Assembly (NCBI GenBank): GCA_020536535.1
Contig: JAHLWZ010000470.1
Span: forward strand, 1-64,000
Direction of reading: 5' to 3'
Length of the DNA: 64,000 nt
Origin: Pelomyxa schiedti
Lineage: Eukaryota > Protista > Evosea
Part shown: positions 1 to 11,169 of the stretch, in pieces
How the letters are laid out: each line of letters opens with the position of its first letter
Numbering within the stretch: the stretch's first letter is position 1
The notes under the pieces: generated by a model
Databases searched by the model: none
The model's input: the letters and a program-made list of their open reading frames with translations, nothing else
What the model was told of the DNA's origin: nothing
Program-made: the position numbers and the translations under genes

Positions 1-467
1 GTCCGCTACTGCCTCCGGTGTATCCATGACGACTTCTTGACTTGTTGCAATTTTTTTGGCGGATCTATACAGACAGCAGTGAAAGAATTAAATAAAAGTT
101 TTGTTTTTATAAAGGTGACAGGTCGAAGGGAAAAAGGGAGGAGTGCTGCAGGGAACTACCGTTCAAAAAGAAAAGAGATGCCAAACCGGGGATTGGCATA
201 TTTCTGACCTGACACCACAGCAGGGGGAAACGGGGTCATCAGATCTGAACTGAGACTGGGCTGGATCTGGTGAAGAGAAAACTAAATAAATAAAAAAAAG
301 AAAGAGGCGCAGGTGCCGGCGGGTCGTACCGCAGAGAATCTCGCTCGCAACTAGGCGCAACAACGACACGCAGATCACAGATCCGCACGCAACAAACAAA
401 CAAGCAAGCAAGCAACCAAAACCAACGCCCAAGCGACCTAACATACCAAAATCACGACACAGGGACG

Positions 468-2470
468 ATGACAGGAACGTACGGCGACGTGCGCAACGGA
501 GGGCGCGGCAGATCGCTCTCCATGTACGCGTACGACGACGGCAGCGCGACGTGGTCGTGGAGGCTGAGCAACAGGCTGGAGGTGAGGGACCAAATAATGG
601 CGCTCGTCGTCGCGGCGTCGGATAAAGCGCGACCTGCACCGGTCTACTACCAAGGCGCCACCCATCTGCGGGACGTGATCAGTAAATCCTTAGCGCCCAC
701 ATTTAACGCAATTCTCGAGTCTATTCTCCACCTTCCCTGCACTCCCGACATGTTCACAGTCACCGCTAAGGGCTGCATAACTGACGTGGGAGGAGGAATC
801 AAAATCAAAACCAGCGTCTTCGCAACCGTGGACATCGAGATCAACCCGTTCACTCTTGGCGTGAGCAGCGTGAGGGTGTCAGCGGCCTTACCTGGCGAGG
901 TGGTGATCGCTGTGCTGTCTCGCGAGTACTTCATGACAAAGAAGGGGCTCCCTGATGGTCGCGTCAGAATCCTCATCAGGAGGCGTGACGACGCTGATTG
1001 CCCTGTGGTGGCGCACTTTGCGGACCTGAGCCCAGACGAATACGTTTACGTGAGCAAAGAGCTCGTGGTGATTATGCAGCGCACAGAGAGGATCGTCGTC
1101 GTGTGGAGGTTGGTCAATGGCATTCCGTGTGGTGCTCCCGCTAAGCAAATACCATTCGAAGCTCTGGGGATACATGCAAATGTGAAGGTCGTCAAGGCCA
1201 ACCTGGTGGGAACCGTGTTTCTGGCGAGGTGCCAAGCCATGATGGGCGCGGGCGTCGGCGCCGAGTTCATTCAAAGAATCGAGCTGCAGGAAGACTCACA
1301 AGAAGGCTCCGTCAATCCGCACGTCGCGAACTCGTTTGACTTGAGCCCATATTCGAAAGTGCCGCCAACTCCTGCCAATGTCCGGAAAGAGCCGCCGCCG
1401 CCAAACAAGAATCCTGCAAAGGAACCACCACCACCANNNNNNNNNNNNNNNNNNNNNNNNNNNNNNNNNNNNNNNNNNNNNNNNNNNNNNNNNNNNNNNN
1501 NNNNNNNNNNNNNNNNNNNNNNNNNNNNNNNNNNNNTCCGCACGTCGCGAACTCGTTTGACTTGAGCCCATATTCGAAAGTGCCGCCAACTCCTGCCAAT
1601 GTCCGGAAAGAGCCGCCGCCGCCAAACAAGAATCCTGCAAAGGAACCACCACCACCACCACCACCACCACCACCACCATCAGGCAGACCACCGAGGCCAC
1701 CCGGCAAGTCAATGCATAGAGCCAACAGAGCCGGTGCGCCTCCTGTTCCTGCACTCTTTGACCCACCCGTGGCAATAACGACAGAGTACGTCAAGAAGGT
1801 GAAGACTGTGATGTTTGAGGGCAAACAAATCCCCAGGGAGGTGTATGGAGCCTTGTACCACATGCACGAGCTCGTTGGAAGAAGTGGACGTGGAAGAAGT
1901 GGTGGACGTGGAAGTGGAAGAAGTGGAAGTGGGGTGGACATCGGCAGCATCTCCCCGTTCAACACCCAAATTCACCTGAACTCAAACAAGTTTCTGACAG
2001 TTGCGACTGTTGATCAATTTCACGGCGCCATCCTTTCCAAGTGCCGCGGGAGATGGGACGTCCATCAGCCGGTGAACCTCTACGGCGCAAGCTCCAAGTC
2101 CCCCGTCGCGGAGAGTGAGACTTTTGTGCATCAGGACACAGCCGTCGGCGCTGACGGATCCGTCATCCCCAAGCCTCTCTTCTTCGTCAAGTTGGTCACG
2201 AGGATGGACTCCTCCTCCTCCCGTGGTGCGATGGTGAGGAGCAGCAGTACGGCGAAGACCCCGACCGCGACCGCGACCGCGACCGCAGAACCTGATGGTG
2301 CCCTCTTGGTGAGTGACATTGCAACCCTCAAGCTCATGGTGCTTCCTTCTTCCGCTGTGCCAGGCATGCATATATCCACGCTGCTCTCCCTCACTCTCGC
2401 TCTCTCTCTCTCTCTCTCTCTATATATATGTATATATATATATATATATATAAGATGCTTTTCTATTTGA
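468..2470 (+). CDS. Hypothetical protein with a central poly-Pro tract, split only by an assembly gap; possibly spliced on into the F-box/LRR gene
   Basis: ORFs 468..1565 and 1562..2470 overlap through a 121-bp duplication (1316-1436 = 1537-1657) flanking 100 Ns; collapsing it gives one ORF. N-terminal 'VRDQIMALVVAAS' resembles the RDQF motif of the 40506 and 59115 genes. Confidence 0.65.
1437..1536. other. Scaffold gap (100 N) with duplicated flanks at a (CCA)n repeat
   Basis: N run; the 121 bp before the gap are repeated immediately after it. Confidence 0.95.
2399..2452. repeat. (CT)n(TA)n microsatellite in an intron
   Basis: Directly visible. Confidence 0.85.
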
Positions 2471-2656
2471 TTTGTTCCACTCAAGCAAAACGCAGGTAAA
2501 CCCAGAGCAACGGCCTTTCATTCTTCTGGTCCCCCTCTCCCAAAACTCCCGAAGAAACCTCTCCTCGCTGGTGCGCCGAACGCGCAACAACAACAACAGC
2601 AACAACAACAACCACCACCAAGAACAGCAACATCAAGTGAAGGTGAAGATGTAGAC

Positions 2657-5600
2657 ATGGAAACTAGCACGAATCAATCCCGGCACAACTCCTCACCGAG
2701 ATGCGTTGATGAGAGAGTAGTTGCTATTGCAAAGAAGGAATCAATTGACACAATGACAAATGCCGAGTTATTGGCGCAGATGCAGGAGGCCGACAAGGTT
2801 CTTGTTGCCACATGTGACTTATCAAGAGCAATTGCTGAGAATGAAAAGCGGGAAGTTGAAGATGCAGCGGCAACCTATCCACAGTTGTTCCAGTAAGCAA
2901 AATTACAATTTCTAGTATCCCCCAACTCTTACATTCGTCCCAGAATTCTTTCTTACTTGGTGGACAGCTGCTCCATGTGCAAAGTGGCTCAGAAACCTTG
3001 CGTTCACATCTGTTCTGAAGAACTGATTTTCTTTTTGAGTCTACGCCTTGTGTGCAAGAAATTCAAGGTGATTGTGACGCACTGGTTATACAGTGGCCCT
3101 CAAATCTTCGTGTCTTGCTTTGGCTTTGGCTTTATGGTGCGTGCTCAGCCAAAAAAAGAGGACGTAGAACATCCGCTTACTATTCACACAGGAAAATGAG
3201 TTGGTTCAGGCAATGCTCGAAGGGGACAAGACTCACGACGGGCGTAACTGTAACTGCGCGAGCTTGCAATTTGCTCGTTTTCTGCTTGGCAAGTTTTCTC
3301 TTTGTATACTTCGTGATGGACTTGGCCAGAAGCGCAACAGGTTCTTTTTTTGACTGTTTGTTTGGCTTTGTTTGGTGTTCACCAACCAACCCTCAAATAG
3401 GTTTTTGGTGCACCCGTCTCTCTGAACACCCGTCTGTGTGCTCTCACAATGATTGGATTTCTTTCACACACCCCCATTTCACCAGCCCCCACAAAAAAAA
3501 TGTTGTTTGTAGTTTAGAAAAGCAAGAACAACAAAAAAAAAAAAAACAAACTTTCGTTGAAACGTTGCAGCTACATCATAGCGAAACTCTACTTACAGAA
3601 GCAAGATCTCACTGTGTGGTTGCTGACCCAGAGTAACATGTTATTATCCTCATCACAAGCAACAACCGATAATTTTTCCCCAACGCAACAAGTCGAGGAA
3701 GCAAGTACGGTTGGTTGTTTTGGCGCACGGTGTGGATGTGTGACTAAATGTGAAGTAGGAACACCAGCTTTTGAAATTGACAAAACTGTAAAATTCCACA
3801 ACAGGAACTGTTGTCGCTTGGGCATTATGATTGATTGGTTGATGCATTGACGTAGGTGAACCTTATACCCATCAACGAGAATGGATGTTTGTTTACCTTC
3901 ATGAAGTCTTTCTTTTTCTCTTGAACAAGCCAATTATGCACTCTCTACTTGGCTTTTAAGACTGTGTTCACTTTTTTGTCTTTGGTCAGTAAAAAAAAAT
4001 ATTATTTTTATCTCAAATGTGCCTAGGCTCCCTTAATGGAAGTACCATACTCGTACTCAGGTCTCAGCTTTCCCCTGATTAGTGGTTGTGATCACGTTAA
4101 TATTCCCCAGTTCTGTAATTGCTATTGCATCAACCTGAGGTTTTGTTGGCACCCTCCTCTTTTTCCCTGTTGCCCAACACAACTCCAGACTCACTTCCAG
4201 GCCGAGCGACTACTTCATATTTGGGTAGGGTACGTCACAGTCTCCCTTCATAACTCTCTTCTGAGTACAAAAGCTAGCTTGATCTGGAGAGCCAATAAGG
4301 TATACAATACATATCTGAGGCGGGCACTGCCTCCCCCAACCTGAATGTATGAAATTTACTTGTTTTTTCTTCCAGGCAGTGCCGCAATCCCAAAAACTCC
4401 ATTTTTAGTTCTTTGTACTTGTGCCTGCAAAGTAGGCCCCTTTGTATAGTAGTACACATGTAACCTAACAGACTGTAGACCTGAAAGATGTGAAGATTAG
4501 GTGACCCGCCCATCTGCCTTGCCTTTTTGCATTCTCACGAAGTTATTCGAGATGCACCAGATATTCAGACCTTGAATCAGAAAAATTAATCATCACGGCA
4601 TAGAATGAGAACTCTACAGGTGGACTTTACAGTTTATCGACCTCTTTCTTTAGGATTTATTTAAAATAGGGAGCAGCATAAATACCTACACCTTTGAGTT
4701 GTCCAAATACCCCTAAGTGTAAGCATGTCTCACAGAAAAGAATGGAAGATTAGATGCGAAGAGCGCTTTTGCAGTAGCACATAAAGCAGTTTCCAGTAAT
4801 GAATTTCTCTTGACTCAATAGATTGGCTTCTTGTTTATGCTGGACACAGTTGAAAAAAGAATCAAAAAGATGAGAAGTACTCTCTGGTTGACTTTAGCTT
4901 TTTATATTTGGGCCACACGTGCAAATTGAGCTTGATTTTATTTACTTGGACAAATCTTTCCATTTGAAATTGAAAACTAGCACTAAGACTACCTCTTGCA
5001 TAGGTTCATAAGCCACCCACCACTCTAGAATTTGGCATCTCCCATGCGTTTTCCGGGGAGCAGAATATATCAATCCCAGATTGGGTAAAGAATTTCTTTT
5101 CTTCTTTTTAAACATCAAAGGATCTCCGTAAATACAGTGACTTGGTGTTTTATTTGGGGAATATGGGAACTGTACCTCCAATTGTGAAACTACACTGGTC
5201 TTCCTGCCTTCTGTAGCGCAACCCAAGGTTTGTGTCCCTCCCTTTTCCTCATTTCTCAGCTGAACAAGGCGTGTCCAACCTCCTGATGGCAAACAAACAA
5301 ATGTATACTTTCAGTACTGAGGAATGTACATCGATTTTCTTCCAGGTAGTAAAAGGAAATGTCTTCTTATTACCTCTCGTGCCCACAAAGTAGACAAAAA
5401 ACCACTCTGACTGACCTGCAGTACATTCATATATTCTACAACAATGGGCAGATCATAAACTTACTTCACAAATCTCTCTGTCTCAGAGTGGTTTGTCAAG
5501 ATACCGAAAACTGCTTTTAACTTCAAGACGCCAATTACCGCATTCTGTGGTAGATTGGGTGGAAGAACTGGGGCTGTAATTTCCTTCTCACGGTGCGGAG

Positions 5601-6770
5601 TATTAATGCTACGTGGATTTAAGCAGGTGCTACCTTACAGATGCTTCCAAAACTACTGTCTCAAAGTTTCTCTTTCCGTTAAGTTGGATCTATCTTTCAG
5701 TTCTCTGAGGTGGAATACCTGATTCAATAAGCTATTAGCCTTATTTTTGCTATTTAGGACCGTGCCGGACTTGTCTGCTTTTACCGAGCTTCAAGAAGTT
5801 GAACTACGAGGAAATCAACTGCGTGAACTCAATGATACAAATAGGAACTTGGCCCATCCCTGAGGATTTTGAGTGCCTGCGATAACGGAATGGAAATCGT
5901 TAACGAACAACAGGCATCATCAGTTCGAAGGTAAACGATTTAAATTCTGCTTGGTAATGGTGCCAATTGGGAAGCCGCTATTAATTAATTAATACCTCAA
6001 AAAACTTGAACTTGGCAACCCAAGTAATAATTTCTTTTAATTTAATAATTCATTTGCCTGAAGAATTCATTCACCTTAATTAAGGTCCAAGTGCGAACTT
6101 CACGAACGTGACTGGCTTTGATTGATTAAAAAAACAAAATAACTCAATTATGCATCCTCTTGGATTGCATGCAACCTTGGTTCCCCAATGGGGTGCTGAC
6201 AATTCCTTCTTGTGTTATTATTGAGTATATCTATCAGTTGCACCAACTACCAGCTGGCATGGGACGATTGACTCACTCAGCCAAACTGAACCTCGTGGAT
6301 ACCCAATTGATTGACGGATTTACATCTATCTATCGGGTTGAAAACCTCAAAAAGCAAATAGCAGACAGTTACTGCAAAGGGGCTTTGTGAAATTCGCTCT
6401 GGAATTCAGGTTGCCCGGAATCTCCCCCTTCAGGATCCCGTCATGGTTGAGAGAGCAATTATTGGGGAAGGTCACCTTCTTGATATCTTGAGAGGAAACT
6501 TGTAAGTACAGTGTGATCTTATCTTCCTTGTATCCTAAATTGTGATGCGCAGTGGCAAACTATCCGTCACTCGATCCTCTACCTTTGAACGTAGACTTCG
6601 GGGAAGGCCTTCCTGTCAGCACACCTTACATGTAGGGCAGCAGTCCAAATGAGCAGTAGTGATCTCATCCGGAGATTAGCTGTACTTAGGTTCTATACGA
6701 TTAATTATTCCTGAACTGACATTCTGGCAGAAATGAGACCAGAGCAGCTTCCGATAGTATCTTAATAAAG
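2657..6770 (+). CDS. Multi-exon F-box / leucine-rich-repeat protein (3' end approximate)
   Basis: Splicing 2893/2894 (gtaagc) to cccag|2944 gives 'YPQLFQILSYL...FLSLRLVCKKF' (F-box-like). LRR exons: 'PDLSAFTELQEVELRGNQL' (~5765-5825) and 'LHQLPAGMGRLTHSAKLNLVDTQL' (~6238-6310). Intermediate exons not fully resolved. Confidence 0.55.
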
Positions 6771-7567
6771 TAAGAACCTCCAAGAGTAAAGTTAGGCACC
6801 AGTCTCACTGAAAACAGGAGCTGGCCACAATTAAACAAAGTGTGCCATTTGCAGATGTTAAACCCCCCATAACATTACATTACCGCATCTAGCTTGTTTA
6901 TTTTTTGTTTCACTAACAGAAGCATAGGATTCTCACCGCATCATTGAATCAAATTGATAACGCACTCCGGGCCATTGCAACCTCTCCCGGAATTGGAGCA
7001 CAAGTTCTATTCTATTGTGTTACCCGCGATTGCCCCAACGAGAGAACGAAGTTCTGAGCTTCGCTGGACTGTTATAATAATAATCCCTTCTTTTTTTCGG
7101 GCCCCCCTCACTGTATTGTTTCCTTTCGTTTTTTAGTCACCCGGGTGATTCTAGAATTCGTTGGAAGGTTGCCCAATGTGGTTGGTGTTTTTCTTGTGGG
7201 TGGAAGGTTGATAAGCGTCCGTCGGACCAGTGAAAAAATAAAACTGGGCGTGGGCCACCGTGCAGATTACCTGTCATCCGCGGATGACAGGCATAGTGTG
7301 GAGGAGGAATGGTTGTGGTGGTTTCGTGGCTGTTTTGCGATGGTTGGCAGGTGGTGTAGCGGTTGTTTTGCGCCGTTGTTTCGCGGTTGTTTGCCAGTGG
7401 TTTTGCGGTGGTTACATGGTGGGTTCGATGCAGTTTGGCAGAGGTTTGGTGCATTTGGTACTTGTGGGGCGTTGGCCAAGGTTTGGGACCATCTTTCACT
7501 GTTATCACAATTTGTGGAAAGCGAAGCAACGAAGAAAGAAAGGTTTGTGCCAAATTATTTGTACTAC

Positions 7568-7950
7568 TTAACTTTGTAAACAAATCCACTCATCCCTAGG
7601 AGTAGGGATACTTTTCGGTTTCACAGTAATTTTGTGTTCTTTTTGCATGTGCTCAATAAAGGCATATTCTCGTACATACTCAAACTTGTGTTTCCATTTT
7701 TCATGAGTTTGTTGTTTCTCCTCAGCAATATGTAAGCATTTCTTGCATTTCCACACCAACCTTGGCTTTTTAGAAGTGTTTTTATCTTTCAATTGTGTTT
7801 GTGGGGGCCTTTTTCTGGGAAGAGCTTCTTCATGCAAATGTGTATTTGACTGTAATATGTTACTGTTTGACTGACTAATATCTTTAGATGCAGAGACAAC
7901 AGAGGATGGTTTGCAATGAGATGCCTTAGGGCTTCATAACTTTGCTCAGA
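7568..7950 (-). CDS. Probable C-terminal segment of the transposase with a C2H2-like finger, in a shifted frame
   Basis: Frame opens at ~7950 (SPKASHCKPSSVV...LHEEALPRKRP...WKCKKC...YAFIEHMQKEH) and overlaps the end of the 816-aa ORF. Confidence 0.5.
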
Positions 7951-10239
7951 CTTGAATGGGGCTATTTGGTAGCAATGAGAGCCCTTCTCATCAACATAGT
8001 CACAAAAATATAGACACCCACTGCCAATATTATCCCGGAAGTGCATTTGTTGTATTGTGCGCCTATGGTTTGCACTGTTGTTGATGCATAGCTCTTCACA
8101 TTTCGCCAAACAGCTATTGTACTCTTGCATTTGCTCAACTGACATCTTTTCTTGTAGGACTCCATGTTTTTTACTTGGTGGATTGCCCATTGCCAATACA
8201 TCCTCCATTGTGTAATGCATGCCATGCTCAGCATAATTCAGGCTTGTGTGTCGTGGAGTTGGAATGATGCAATCACATGACTTCAGTGCCTCACAGATAT
8301 GTACTCTCTGCTTCATGTTCATGAATTGGCATACACTAAATACTTCTTGAATAGCACGTGCTTGACTGAAAGTATTCTCTAGAAACAATGTTGACAGAGG
8401 CTTCATATCATGGAGAATAATATTGTATTCATGTTGTAAGAGGGCAGCAATTTTCTCAAAGCCATTGATTGTCTTTTCTAAACAGAAAAAAGCTGCCTGT
8501 TTGTAAAACCTTTCTTTCCTCTCCTTTGGTTTCTTGGGGGTAACTTTTGTTACAGTCAAAGATTTGAAGTACTCTAGAGCTTCCCTGAGTTGTGGAATTT
8601 TTTCAGATACAGGCTGTTTGTCATCCACAAATAGTGTATGTACTTTACTCACACACTCGAAGTACTTTACTGCCTCTAAAGAGTCTTTTGTGGTGGCAAA
8701 ACTTCGGAATAGAGGAAGCAAGGCATAAATAAGTTCAATTTCCCCATTTGCTTGCTTGTTAGATGGGAATAATGTATCATAGGATGTCAAGCCTCTGGCT
8801 TTAAAGACTTCTTTCCTTGGAGCTACAATCTGATGCATAGACCGCATTGTGAAACATATATCCTTTTCCACATCAGTGCTTAGGTAGTAATTCAAGGTGT
8901 AATTCCGGAATAGCTTCTCCATGTGTGGCACATCATAAACAATTTGCAAGTTAGGTTCAATTTTTCTAAGCTTTTGTTCCAGTGGTGTTGTTTTTCCTTT
9001 GTTGAAGCCATCACTCACAAGCCACAGTGTTGGTATGTCAGCTTCCTTAAGCGCTTTTAACACTTTATTAATACATTTAGAGACAGTTTCATTGTTCATG
9101 CTTTTGATGGGAAACTCAAACAGACAGTGGCGTGCAGAACCATCCCAAGCAACCCAAGCTATTTGCAAGATTTCTTTTGCCAGTTTTTTAGGTATTTTTG
9201 TATATTTTTTCTCCATTTCCTGATTCTGAATATCTGAGATAGGGATTCCTCCCAGAGTTGTTCCTACAAGCATTTTGGAGGTAGTGTCTATGACAAGTCC
9301 CTTCTGGACTTCCACTCCATCAATACAGAGTCCGCCAGGCTTAATTTGATTTTTTAACCCTGTCTTCAGCACTTTTACCCTTTTCCAGATGGACTCCATA
9401 CCAATCCCAAAATCAGGGGAGATTATTCTTTTTTGCAAAGTTGAGACTGCTGGCAATGGTATCCCCATCTTTGTTTTTGATTCTACTAAGTGTCCACCAG
9501 CCTGCCCTCTTTGTTTTTGTGCCTCTGGAATCCCACGGATCAATTCATATCCTTTCTTGTGGCAGTATGTGTACAGTAGCTGAGCCCATTGTGTGATTTC
9601 TGGCATGTATTTGATTTGTCTTCTATCATCAACTCTCATGTACTCCAGAAGCGCCTTAATCAGAACTTCACTGAAAACCAACTTCCCATTCTTGTACTCT
9701 TCTTCCAGGCACACTTCCAAGTTTTGCATGAGGTTTTTCTTTTCTGTTGCCTGCATGCTTTCTAACTTCTTTTTCAGGCTTTCTATTTCCACTATCAACC
9801 GAGTTGATTGTTCTTCAAGATTTTTGCAGTATGTGAACTGGCTAGGTGTCAAGTGACTCTTTGCCACACTCACTCCTGTTTGTTTATAGTAACAGTGCCG
9901 GAGATGCAACAGGTCATATAAATTATTGCACTCTTCACACCTCTTATGCAGGCAGTTTTTCACTCTTATGCAATGAGGGTGAGGTTTCAAAAATGAAAAG
10001 TAAGTTTCTAATTTGTTGTTCAGGATTCCAACTGGTTTTGCCTTGGATATTGAATGCATATTTTCCACTACAGTACAGCCAAAATGTTCCCATGTGAACT
10101 GGAAAAGTTCTGGGGAATCTCTTTTGCATATTCCAGTACAGTAAATCAGGTTGGTTTCAGGTTGTGCCTCCTTTACACTTCTCAGATTCTTTGTATCATC
10201 ACAAGTGGGACAAGCAGCTTGTAAGTGCTGGGGAACCAA
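7789..10239 (-). CDS. P-element/THAP9-like DDE transposase (816-aa open frame; true start unresolved)
   Basis: Motifs in canonical order: LCIDGVEVQKGL (D1), LVSDG (D2), YDVPHMEKLFRN (D-x2-H of the P superfamily), LSTLFLENTFSQAR (catalytic E). Preceded by a coiled coil and a Cys/His-rich N-terminus. Confidence 0.85.
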   Translation of the reverse strand: MVPQHLQAACPTCDDTKNLRSVKEAQPETNLIYCTGICKRDSPELFQFTWEHFGCTVVENMHSISKAKPVGILNNKLETYFSFLKPHPHCIRVKNCLHKRCEECNNLYDLLHLRHCYYKQTGVSVAKSHLTPSQFTYCKNLEEQSTRLIVEIESLKKKLESMQATEKKNLMQNLEVCLEEEYKNGKLVFSEVLIKALLEYMRVDDRRQIKYMPEITQWAQLLYTYCHKKGYELIRGIPEAQKQRGQAGGHLVESKTKMGIPLPAVSTLQKRIISPDFGIGMESIWKRVKVLKTGLKNQIKPGGLCIDGVEVQKGLVIDTTSKMLVGTTLGGIPISDIQNQEMEKKYTKIPKKLAKEILQIAWVAWDGSARHCLFEFPIKSMNNETVSKCINKVLKALKEADIPTLWLVSDGFNKGKTTPLEQKLRKIEPNLQIVYDVPHMEKLFRNYTLNYYLSTDVEKDICFTMRSMHQIVAPRKEVFKARGLTSYDTLFPSNKQANGEIELIYALLPLFRSFATTKDSLEAVKYFECVSKVHTLFVDDKQPVSEKIPQLREALEYFKSLTVTKVTPKKPKERKERFYKQAAFFCLEKTINGFEKIAALLQHEYNIILHDMKPLSTLFLENTFSQARAIQEVFSVCQFMNMKQRVHICEALKSCDCIIPTPRHTSLNYAEHGMHYTMEDVLAMGNPPSKKHGVLQEKMSVEQMQEYNSCLAKCEELCINNSANHRRTIQQMHFRDNIGSGCLYFCDYVDEKGSHCYQIAPFKSEQSYEALRHLIANHPLLSLHLKILVSQTVTYYSQIHICMKKLFPEKGPHKHN

Positions 10240-10904
10240 TGTTGATGCTGAGAGAAGTCTGTGTGCATTAAAGGCATCACTTTTGGGTGAAATCCCACCA
10301 GGGGATGACCCCTGCTTTTGTGCAGTTCATGACCTGCATTGTCTGTGACCAACATAAACTTAAGATTACAAACCACCTTCCCTTTGGGCTGCACGTTCCT
10401 GAATCCTCCTCTGGTTAACACTGGGTGTGTTTAGTTGTGTGTGTATTGGCATTTGCTTTATTTTTTTCAAAAGCACTTCTGCCGAAGAATTTTTTTAGTC
10501 ACCCACCACATTGGGTAACCTTCCAACGAATTCTAGAAGCAGATCCGCCATCACCCGGTGACTAAAAATTCTTTTTAAAGAGAAACTTAATAGAGTGAGG
10601 GGGCCCACTTTTAACTTAAGTTAAAGAAGCAGCCAGAGTGTGAAGAGGTTTTAGCAGAAGGTTGTTGACTCACAATTCCATACCACCAAGGATACAGCCT
10701 AAACCCACAACCTTAATGAAGAATAACCTGCCTAATAAAAAGAGAAAACAACAACACCAACCTACATAAGTTTGGCGCAGCCATAACGGCCGCCAATGTT
10801 AATTGTTGGCACACAAAGCTTGCTAAAAAAAAGTCTATCCTGGTTTTGGGTGTGTGTGAGGGTTGTTGGCTTTGCCTGTTCTGCCTAAACTTTGTGGTTA
10901 ACCC

Positions 10905-11169
10905 CGGATCATCAATACACACTCTTCCAGTAAATCAACCAAATTTGAAGTCAGACCACACATGTTACTCGAGAAAACCTTCAAATTTGGTTGATTTACT
11001 GGAAGAGTGCGTAATATGATGATCGGAAAACTCTCTCACTGCTCCCCCAAATCGCCAAAAATGTACTCCGGTGATTGGTTTTGTGAGAAGATTTCGCTCT
11101 CGATTTGAGAATTGTGGGTTCGTCTAATTCTCTGAACTCTGGCACAGACTCAGAGTTTCCCGATCATCA
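10905..11169. repeat. Cluster of inverted repeats (MITE/foldback-like)
   Basis: Perfect 31-bp IR 10920-10950 / 10979-11009 with a 28-bp spacer; second IR 11017-11034 / 11152-11169 (1 mismatch); GATCATCA core occurs three times. Confidence 0.8.

Larger units (their letters stand above)
7099..10606 (-). mobile_element. P-element-superfamily DNA transposon (~3.5 kb) with composite terminal inverted repeats
   Basis: 7150-7187 matches the reverse complement of 10500-10537 at 36/38. Outer blocks also match in inverted orientation: tttttagtcacc(c)gggtgat and gggccccc(c)tcact (7099-7112 vs 10594-10606). The element encloses the transposase. No clean TSD seen. Confidence 0.8.

Noticed and set aside
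1316-1657. 121-bp direct repeat flanking the N run, resembling a tandem duplication or LTR
   Set aside because: Exact overlap across a 100-N scaffold gap ending in a (CCA)n tract; typical assembly artefact.
163-2611. Long antisense ORFs over GC-rich exons (for example 1312..1965, 33230..33700, 51624..52046)
   Set aside because: Shadow frames of genuine opposite-strand coding exons.
7145-7599. Several 70-150 aa ORFs on both strands inside the left end of the transposon
   Set aside because: They arise from the TIR and a GT-rich degenerate repeat; no domain signal.
7090-10615. Target-site duplication for the transposon
   Set aside because: The flanks (tttttttc / acttttaa) share only a short T-run, so no 7-8 bp TSD can be claimed.
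10609-10624. 16-bp palindrome tttaacttaagttaaa next to the right TIR
   Set aside because: AT-rich and has no counterpart at the left end; may be chance.
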